The translations under genes were made by a program, and so were the position numbers. The notes below the pieces were generated by a model. It was not told where the DNA came from. It made no database searches and worked only from the letters and a program-made list of their open reading frames with translations. Shown one piece after another: positions 1-7,618 of a stretch of DNA of 12,809 bases; positions within the stretch are counted from its first letter, which is position 1, and every line of letters begins with the position of its first letter. The stretch comes from Octopus sinensis (Eukaryota), in the NCBI RefSeq assembly GCF_006345805.1, contig NW_021826453.1, positions 1 to 12,809 on the forward strand, written 5' to 3'.

Positions 1-103
1 CATGCTTTCCTTCTACTTCTCTTATCTTCCTTCTTATCAGAATTGTCAGAACAAGAAACAAAAATTTCCTCCCAGTTTGTTTAAGTTAATGCGTCTCCGG
101 TCC

Positions 104-238
104 TCAGTTCAAATTCCACCGAGGTCAACTTTGTTTTTCTTTCATTCCAAGTATCAATAAAACAAAAAACACCGGTGAAATTCCCGGGGTGGGGAGAGGC
201 GAAATAATCGACTCCTCTTCGCCCCACCCCACAAAAAT
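104..238 (+). mobile_element. Diverged SINE family A copy (B-box and core remnant)
   Basis: TCAGTTCAAATTCCACCGAGGTCAACTTTG at 104-133 matches the family A core at 8645-8700 and 11960-12025; decays downstream (AAATAATCGACT at 202-213). Confidence 0.7.
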
Positions 239-435
239 GTTCTGACTTTGTTCCAATGAATGAAATTTTATTCACTTCACATTTCAGTTTTCCAGGGTAG
301 ACCCTGGGGTGGTTGAGGTGGGGTGGGTAGCATTAACTATAGTACCCCACCCCACACCACCCCACTTTTGTCGTTCCCGTTACAACCTGTCTACGCACTT
401 TCACTACATATACGTTTCGGGCCTAGTGTCACTTT

Positions 436-436
<1 letters not shown>

Positions 437-469
<33 letters not shown>

Positions 470-770
470 CCAACAACAATAACACTGTTATCATTATCTT
501 CGTCATCGTCGTCATCATCGTCATCGTCGTCATCATCGTCATCGTCGTCATCATCGTCATCGCTGTTGTGACCTCCATTCACTTCCGCCTCCTCCTCTTG
601 ATCATCATCATTATCATCGTTGGCATCATCAACAACCGCATCTTCATCACCGATGTCATCTTCACTATGGTCGTTGTTGTCGTAGCTGCTGTCATCATCA
701 TCGTCTCCACCACCACCACCACCACCACGAACACCATCATCCACGTTATCATCAGAAGCAGCAGCAACAT
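437..770. repeat. Degenerate (CAT/CGT/CAC)n trinucleotide tract with an 18-bp higher-order unit
   Basis: (ATC)n at 437-469; GTCATCGTCGTCATCATC three times exactly at 502-519, 520-537, 538-555; (CAC)n near 708-728. Confidence 0.9.
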
Positions 771-780
771 CATTGATATT

Positions 781-1023
781 AAGGGGGTGACCTGTTAGAA
801 TCTTTGGCACATCGGACAAAACGCTTAACAGCATATCGTCCGGCTCCTTAACGTTCTGGATTTTCATTCCACCGAGGTCGATTTTGTCGCTCATCTTTTC
901 AGAGTAGATAAGAAAAGTACCTGTTGAGAAAAGTACCTGTTGAGCACTAACGTCTAGCCACTCCACCTCCGAACTTCAGGCCTTGTCTCTATAGTAGGAA
1001 AAAATTACTTTTATTATTACTAT
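781..1023 (+). mobile_element. SINE family A copy A1 (full head, tail type T1, old and diverged)
   Basis: AAGGGGGTGACCTGTTAGAATCTTTGGCAC resembles head AAGGCGGTGAACCGGCAGAATCGTTAGCAC (1591); core CCACCGAGGTCGATTTTG; 16-bp internal tandem duplication AGAAAAGTACCTGTTG at 911-926/927-942; tail TTCAGGCCTTGTCTCTATAGTAGGAA plus TTA-rich end. Confidence 0.75.
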
Positions 1024-1589
1024 CAGAATCGTCAGCTCGCTGGGCGAAATGCTGAGCTGTGTTTTCAGTTCAAATTCCGCCGAGGTCAACTTTGCTTGTC
1101 ATCCTTTTGGGGGTCGATAAATTAAGTGCAAGTTCTGGGGTCAATGCGCTCGATTAATCCCCTCCCTCAAAGTTTCAGGCCTTTTGCCTATAGTAGAAAA
1201 CATTGTTAGTTCTGAGTTCAAATTCCGCCGAGGTCAACTTTACTTCTCATCCTTTTGGGGTTTTGATTTTGATTTTGATTTTCATTTCAGCTATATTAAG
1301 TGAAAACATGTGTTAGTTCTGAGTCAAATTAAGGTCAATTTACTTTTCATCCTTTTGGGGTCGATAAATTAAGTGCAAGTTCTGATCGATTAGTCCCCTC
1401 CCACAAATTTTCAGGCCTTCTGTCCATAGTAGAAAACATTGTTAATTCTGAGTTCAAATTTCGCCGAGGTTGACTTTGCCTTTCTTCCTCACGGGGTCGA
1501 TAAAATAAGTACCAGTTGAGCACTGGAGCCGAAGTAATCAGCTTAATCTTTTCTCTGAACATGCTGGCCTTGTGCCAAAATTTGAAACC
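1024..1589 (+). mobile_element. SINE family A copies A2-A5 (5'-truncated, locally amplified; tails T1, none, T1, T2)
   Basis: B-box GTTCAAATT (one copy GTCAAATT) at 1068, 1216, 1323, 1452, each followed by AGGT(C/T)(A/G)A(C/T)TT and TCATCCTTTTGGGG or a close variant; T1 tails end near 1200 and 1436; T2 tail TGGCCTTGTGCCAAAATTTGAAACC ends at 1589. Confidence 0.9.
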
Positions 1590-1590
1590 A

Positions 1591-1807
1591 AAGGCGGTGA
1601 ACCGGCAGAATCGTTAGCACGCCTGGCAAAATGCTTACCGGCGTATCGTTCGTCTTCAAGTTCTGAGTTTAAATTCCGCCAAAGTCGATTTTACCTTGAA
1701 TCCCTTTCGGGGGTCGAAAAAAAAAGGTACCCGTTGATTACTGGAGTGGATGTAATCGACCTACGCCCACCCACGAACTTGGTGGCCTTGTGCCAAAATT
1801 CGAAACC
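1591..1807 (+). mobile_element. SINE family A copy A6, full length, tail T2
   Basis: Head AAGGCGGTGAACCGGCAGAATCGTTAGCACGCC, B-box-like GAGTTTAAATTCC, core, GATGTAATCGAC hairpin arm, tail TGGCCTTGTGCCAAAATTCGAAACC. Confidence 0.9.
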
Positions 1808-1816
1808 TTCATTGTG

Positions 1817-2195
1817 AAAGCTGTTGAACTGGCAGACGCTGTAGAATTTCGGAAAATGCCTCACGACATTTGTTCCGGTTCTGTACATGCCGAGTTCAAA
1901 TTTCACCCAGGTCGACCTTGCCTTTCATCCTTTCTGGGTTCAATAAAATAAAGTACCAATTAAACAAGGAGGTTAATCTAATCGGATCTAGCCCTCTTCC
2001 CCATAAAATCCCAGGCCATGTGCACCCGGTGGGGACGGGAAGTTGGATTGACGATAGCGCAGCAGCGTCTGAAAGCCATCTGGTGGTATTTCTCTTGGGT
2101 CTTTATGTTCAGAGTTCAAATCTCGTCGTGGTCACCTTTACTCTTTATCGTTTCGGAATCGATAAATAAACTAGCAGTTCTGTATAGTGATGCAG
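1817..2195 (+). mobile_element. SINE family A copies A7 and A8 (diverged)
   Basis: GAGTTCAAATTTCACCCAGGTCGACCTTGCCTTTCATCC at 1892 and GAGTTCAAATCTCGTCGTGGTCACCTTTAC at 2112, each preceded by a degenerate head. Confidence 0.8.
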
Positions 2196-2282
2196 CCCCG
2201 AGACCTTTCTCCTTGTCAGCATTTCACATCTTTCATGTTCTGCTTGGGAGAGAGGTAGGGGGGGCGAGTGAGAGTCAGAGAA

Positions 2283-2283
2283 G

Positions 2284-2320
<37 letters not shown>

Positions 2321-2333
2321 TGGGGGAGAGAGA
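2283..2333. repeat. (TG)n(AG)n microsatellite
   Basis: Direct reading. Confidence 0.95.
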
Positions 2334-2427
2334 TATACAAAAAGTCAAGAGGTTGCCTGTGATTATACGGGCGCCTAACACAATTAGCGAAAGTATTGTA
2401 CAGACTGATCACTAACTCATATCCGAT

Positions 2428-2428
2428 C

Positions 2429-2469
<41 letters not shown>

Positions 2470-2520
2470 TAGTAGTGGTGGTGGTGGTGGTGGTGGTGGT
2501 GGTGGTGTGGTAGTAGTTGT
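2428..2520. repeat. (GTA)n(GTG)n compound trinucleotide microsatellite
   Basis: Direct reading. Confidence 0.95.
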
Positions 2521-2745
2521 AGTTCTTGTTGCAGTATTTGCTGTAGTCGTGGTGATAGTAGTATTTCTATTATTGAATTAAAGGAATGAGGACCTCGGTC
2601 GATTTCGACGATGAGTATACAGGTATTCGATTTACTTGACTACCTACCTGCCTACCTACATACTCGGATTTGTATGCTAGTCTCTGAGTGTTCCTCAGAC
2701 TCGTATATCCCTTAATAAAATCCCCCGATGGAATCAGGTTGGCAC

Positions 2746-2772
2746 AGTGTGTGTGTGTGTGTGTGTGTGTGT
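2746..2772. repeat. (TG)n microsatellite
   Basis: Direct reading. Confidence 0.95.
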
Positions 2773-2820
2773 AAGTGACAATACTGTAACTTAGCATTGC
2801 AAGACCAATTCATTTGATAA

Positions 2821-2960
2821 GGCTTCCACACAGTTTCCGTCTTCCCATTTTCATTCACAGAGCTTGTATAGGATTGAGTTTATGCTAAAATATATGTACC
2901 CCATTGTGCCACGCTATGGCCTCGAATCTGAAATCTGCCGCCTGCTAAACGGATTTCAAA
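2821..2960 (-). mobile_element. Highly diverged 5' half of SINE family B
   Basis: CAGTTTCCGTCT and GTGCCACGCTATGGCCTCGAATCTGAAA align in order with 7880-7980 (CAGTTTCCGTCT ... GTGCCACACAGTGGGACTGAACCCGGAA). Confidence 0.55.
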
Positions 2961-3365
2961 ACATTATCTAATCTCGTCACCTAAACTTCCGCCAGACATG
3001 TTATGAATTTATATTGCACCCCTTTATTTCTATATTTCTTTAGTTATTCTTTATTTCTTTTTTATCTATTTCATGGATACGTATTTGAAGCAGGTATATA
3101 ATTAAAATAGCCATCTATGTATCATACACAATGCATAAACACTATTGATAGGCCAATTTCTGTAATTTTTGTCCTGAAACAACGGTTCTAGTGGACTTGC
3201 TGTGTTAAAAGCACAATAAATATCAGAGAACTGATCTCTGCCGGCACGAATGTTCGTCTTTCTATGATATTTATTGAGTTTTTAACACAAGTTCGCAACA
3301 GATGTCATGTCAGGAAAATACTGCTTTGTTTCGGACTCAGGGAGGCCGTGAAGTTCTTTCAAATA

Positions 3366-3879
3366 CCATCCATCCATTCATCCATCCATCCATCCATCCA
3401 TCCATCCATCCATCCATCCATCCATCCATCCATCCATCCATCCATCCATCCATCCATCCATCCATCCATCCATCTATTCATCGATCCAGCCAGCCAGCCA
3501 TCTATCCATCCATCCATCCATCAATCCATCCATCCATCCATCCATCCATCCATCCATCCATCCATCCATCCATCCATCCATCCATCCATCTATTCATCCA
3601 TCTATCCATCCATCCATCTATCCATCCATCCAGCCAGCCAGCCATCTATCCATCCATCCATCCATCTATCCATCCATCCATCCATCCATCCATCCATCCA
3701 TCAATCCATCCATCCATCCATCTATTCATCCATCCATCCATCCATCTATCCATCCTCCATCCATCCATCCATCCATCATCCATCCATCCATCTATTCAAT
3801 CCATCCATCCATCCATCCATCCTCCATCCATCCATCCATCCATCCATCCATTCATCCATCCATCCATCCACCCATCCAT
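3366..3879. repeat. (CATC)n tetranucleotide microsatellite, about 510 bp
   Basis: Direct reading; source of the IHPS-repeat ORFs. Confidence 0.97.
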
Positions 3880-4097
3880 ATATACATACATGGAGTAAAG
3901 TATGGCTGAACATGGGATCTTGGGGGGAGAACGCAAATCATTAATTCATACTCTACAAATGATTACAGTATCAGGGACAATAAAAATCTGCAAGACGTTC
4001 CAAAGATTTAAAGGACGAAGAGCAAAATATAAAAAAAAGCCTTCTTTCACAACGTTGCTTCCAAGTAGTTGGCCCATCAAAATTTACTCTGAACTAA

Positions 4098-4138
4098 AAA
4101 GAGAAAGAGAAAGAGAAAGAGAACACACAGACAGACAT
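4098..4138. repeat. (GAAAGA)n/(CA)n short compound repeat
   Basis: Direct reading. Confidence 0.8.
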
Positions 4139-4176
4139 AAATGTATGTTTTTCTATGTATTTGTATGTATTCATGT

Positions 4177-4562
4177 GTGGAGGCGCAATGGCCCAGTGGT
4201 TAGGGCAGTGGACTCGCGGTCATAGGATCGCGGTTTCGATTCCCAGACCGGGCCTTGTGAGTGTTTATTGAGCGAAAACACCTAAAAAGCTCCACGAGGC
4301 TCCGACAGGGGATGGTGGTGATCCCTGCTGTACCCTTTCACCACAACTTTCTCCACTCTTACTTCCTGTTTCTGTTGTACCTGTATTTCAAAGGGCCGGC
4401 CTTGTCACTCTCTGTGTCACGCTGAATATCCCCGAGAGCTACGTTAAGGGTGCACGTGTCTGTGGAATGCTCAGCCACTTACACGTTAATTTCACGAGCA
4501 GGCTGTTCCGTGTATTCGGATCAAACGGAACCCTCATCGTCGTAACCGACGGAGTGCTTCCA
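4177..4562 (+). mobile_element. Full-length tRNA-derived SINE (family C) with 13-bp target-site duplication
   Basis: A-box TGGCCCAGTGG 4189-4199, B-box GGTTTCGATTCCC 4232-4244; identical TATGTATTCATGT flanks at 4164-4176 and 4563-4575; no poly-A tail. Confidence 0.9.
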
Positions 4563-4830
4563 TATGTATTCATGTCGAATTTGAATTTTTTGCCAGATGT
4601 TTGTTGCCGGGGAATGGTTGCGTGCCGAATAATTTTCATGATATATTTACGATCTCTTCTAATTGGTTTTCCCATTGATGATAATTGCTAATCAATAACT
4701 GATTTACGATGCTCTTGTTGTTATAGTTGCCAATGTTATGTAACCTTTTGTTCAAAGGCATTCCAGCTGTGACTGTCCCGTCTTTTTGTTTCTCTACATC
4801 CGCATTGCCCAGTGTATCCTACCCGTAACA

Positions 4831-4837
4831 GCACACA

Positions 4838-4904
<67 letters not shown>

Positions 4905-5119
4905 ACAAACACGCTCACACACACACACACATACACACAAACACGCTCACACACACACACATACGCTCACACACAAACACACACACAAACACACACACAC
5001 ACATACACACAAACACGCTCACACACACACACACGCTCACACACGCTCACACACACACACACACACAAACACACACAAACACACACACACACAAACACAC
5101 ACACACGCACACAAACACA

Positions 5120-5162
<43 letters not shown>

Positions 5163-5225
5163 ACGCACACACACACATACACACACTCACAAACACGTGC
5201 GCACGCATGCGTGCGCAGTCACACA
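4831..5225. repeat. Interrupted (CA)n microsatellite, about 390 bp
   Basis: Direct reading; source of the HT/CV ORFs. Confidence 0.97.
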
Positions 5226-5253
5226 CATATGTTTATATAATATATATAGTGAA

Positions 5254-5392
5254 TGTGTTGTAAGAAGCTTACTTCCCAACCACATGGTTCTAGGTTCAGT
5301 CCCACAACGTGGCACCAAGTGTCTTCTACAATAGCCTCGGGCCGACCGAAGCCTTGCGAATGGACGTGGATTCGGCACACGGAAACTGAAAG
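5254..5392 (+). mobile_element. 5' half of SINE family B (tRNA-like head plus CORE-like segment), followed by decayed (TG/CG)n to about 5470
   Basis: CCACATGGTTCTAGGTTCAGTCCCAC...GTGTCTTCTACAATAGCCTCGGGCCGACC...CGGAAACTGAAAG is the reverse complement of 7875-8010. Confidence 0.9.
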
Positions 5393-5580
5393 CGCGTGGC
5401 GCGCGTGCGTGTATGTGCCTGTATGTGTGTATGTCTCAACGCGTGTATGAGTGTATATGCATATGTAAGTATATGTAGTAAAGCTGAACTCAAGGAAAAG
5501 CGGTTACCCCAAAATCTTCCTTCCATTAGGCCTGCATTTATCGTTTAATTTTTGAAAGATTTTTCTTATATAGTTTATAA

Positions 5581-5779
5581 CAGTGGTTCCCAAACCTTTT
5601 AGAGTCGCGACCCACTATTTATCACACCAGTTTATGACGACCCACTTAACTCTACTTGAACGATCCCGATAGACAGCAGTTAATCAAAGCCAATGCGCAA
5701 TTTTATAACTTTTTGCGACCCACTAAGTTTCCGTTCGCGACCCATCTGTGGGTCGCGACTCATAGTTTGGGAAACACTG
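5581..5779. mobile_element. 199-bp non-autonomous hAT-type (Charlie-like) MITE
   Basis: TIRs CAGTGGTTCCCAAAC / GTTTGGGAAACACTG (14/15 match); perfect 8-bp TSD GTTTATAA at 5573-5580 and 5780-5787. An 8-bp TSD with CAGTG ends is the established hAT signature. Confidence 0.93.
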
Positions 5780-5810
5780 GTTTATAAGTTTTAATGTATA
5801 AATGGATATT

Positions 5811-5863
5811 CATCATCATCATCATCATCATCATCATCGTCATCGTCGTCGTCGTCGTCGTCG

Positions 5864-5918
<55 letters not shown>

Positions 5919-5944
5919 ATCATCATCATCATCATCACAATAAT

Positions 5945-5985
<41 letters not shown>

Positions 5986-6141
5986 CAATAATAATCATCA
6001 TCACCACCATCATCATCATCACAATAATCATCATCATCATCATTCATCATCATCATCAGCAGCAGCAGCAGCAAAAGAGCAGCAGCAGCAGCAGCAAAAG
6101 AGCAGCAGCAGCAGCAACAGCAACAGCAGTAGTAGTAGCTG
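5811..6141. repeat. Compound trinucleotide tract (CAT)n(CGT)n(CAT)n...(CAG)n(TAG)n
   Basis: Direct reading; source of the poly-H/I/Q/D/M ORFs. Confidence 0.97.
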
Positions 6142-6401
6142 TTTTCTTCTGCTGTGTTCAGTTTCAATACCATACATCACCATTATAGTCTTTCCTGGGC
6201 TGTTGTTCTTAAGAATCCATCGTACTTCGCATCCGATTTTTGGTATAATACGCCCAGGTAATTCATGGTTTTGGGGGTCGTATATACTTATAAACGTACA
6301 TGCGACGGTAAGATGTTTTCCCCTTTCACCTTTCCTATCGGTCTGTCCGTCTGTCAGTCTTTAACACAACGTGTTCCTCTCTTACTCTTCACATATGCAT
6401 A

Positions 6402-6713
6402 CGTACATAGATACATACATACATACATACACACATACATACATACATACACACATACATACATACATACATACATACACACATAATACATACACACATA
6501 TACATACATACATACATACACATATACATACCATACATACATACATACATACATACATACATAATACATACATACACACACACATATATACATACATACA
6601 TATACACATACATACACATACACATACACATACACACATTCATACATATCTACATACATACATAAATACATACATACACACACATACATACATACATACA
6701 CACACATACATAC

Positions 6714-6746
<33 letters not shown>

Positions 6747-6834
6747 CATACATACACACACACATACATACATACATACATACATACATACATACATACA
6801 TACATACATACATACATACATACATAATACACAC

Positions 6835-6869
<35 letters not shown>

Positions 6870-6876
6870 TACATAC
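6402..6876. repeat. Interrupted (TACA)n/(CA)n microsatellite, about 475 bp
   Basis: Direct reading; source of the YIHT/CMYV ORFs. Confidence 0.97.
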
Positions 6877-7120
6877 GCAAACGTCTAACCACGTGTCAAG
6901 AGGAAACCTTATACATGGCCACTGGTACAAGACGTTGAATTTTGATAGAAAGCCAATTATACAAATACTTTTTCCTTAAATCTATGAAAGGCCCAATTGA
7001 TACACCCAACAGGTCTGTCATAGAATTCGCAACCCTTGTGGCCAACAACGAAAATAGTGTTTTGGTGAACAGCCTAAAGGTCCCTAGTTTCCTTTAACAT
7101 TATCTAAAAAACTTTACATA

Positions 7121-7236
7121 CAAGGGTCAGCTGAAAAATTCATGGTCTGACCAAGATACTCTCAGGGAATGTGACCAAATGAGGTTCATTTTTCAACATC
7201 GTCTCTCTTGCGATCCACACACTTCTTCCATCGGCG
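7121..7236 (-). mobile_element. Mariner-family transposon 3' end: transposase C-terminus plus terminal inverted repeat remnant
   Basis: Minus strand 7236-7186 translates RRWKKCVDRKRDDVEK*, matching the mariner C-terminal RWxKCVxxxGDYVEK* motif; TA (7119-7120) followed by CAAGGGTCAGCTGAAAAATTC resembles a mariner TIR. Confidence 0.8.
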
Positions 7237-7344
7237 TTCTTCCATAATAATAATGTTCGACTGTCGTTGTCGATGGTAACCAAGGACATCATCACATGGG
7301 AGAAAAAGAAGGGTCACAGTGTGTCCGGCTGTGGCCGATCAGGC

Positions 7345-7523
7345 CCGATGCATGCGGGTGTGCTTACGACCGCGTGACTTAGCGGTTCGGAAAAGAGACC
7401 GATAGTAGAAAAGTACCGGGCTTAAAAATTTTAATAAGTGCTAGGCTTGTTTCATTCGACAAGAAGTTCAAGGCGGTGCCCCAGCTTGGCCATAATCTTA
7501 TGACTGACACAAATAAAAGAGAG
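7345..7523 (+). mobile_element. 3' half of SINE family B (diverged)
   Basis: ACTTAGCGGTTCGGAAAAGAGACCGATAG...AAGGCGGTGCCCCAGCTTGGCC...ATGACTGACACAAATAAAAGAG is the reverse complement of 7618-7788. Confidence 0.85.
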
Positions 7524-7534
7524 AAACGTGTTTT

Positions 7535-7562
7535 ATACACACACACACACACAGACACACAG

Positions 7563-7617
<55 letters not shown>
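7535..7617. repeat. (CA)n(TA)n microsatellite
   Basis: Direct reading. Confidence 0.97.

Positions 7618-7618
<1 letters not shown>

Noticed and set aside
323-798. + strand poly-Ser/Ile/Val ORFs and the 191-aa acidic ORF as real genes
   Set aside because: They are alternative frames of a trinucleotide tract; the non-repetitive N-terminus is antisense SINE A1, and the listed start is GTG.
781-2195. CRISPR-like repeat-spacer appearance
   Set aside because: Repeats are 100-230 bp SINE bodies with A/B boxes and irregular spacing; there are no unique spacers or cas genes, and the context is eukaryotic.
1347-2381. Seven overlapping short ORFs
   Set aside because: All lie on SINE family A copies or the (TG)(AG) tract.
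3264-3944. IHPS-repeat ORFs of 226 and 198 aa
   Set aside because: Translation of (CATC)n, which has no stop codon in any + frame.
4179-4250. tRNA gene
   Set aside because: A and B boxes are present, but I see no proper acceptor stem or anticodon arm, and it continues into a SINE body bounded by a TSD.
4736-6979. HT/CV, poly-H/Q/D and YIHT/CMYV ORFs
   Set aside because: Microsatellite translations.
6985-7098. Short open frame MKGPIDTPNRSVIEFATLVANNENSVLVNSLKVPSFL
   Set aside because: 37 aa, weak splice signals, no recognisable motif.
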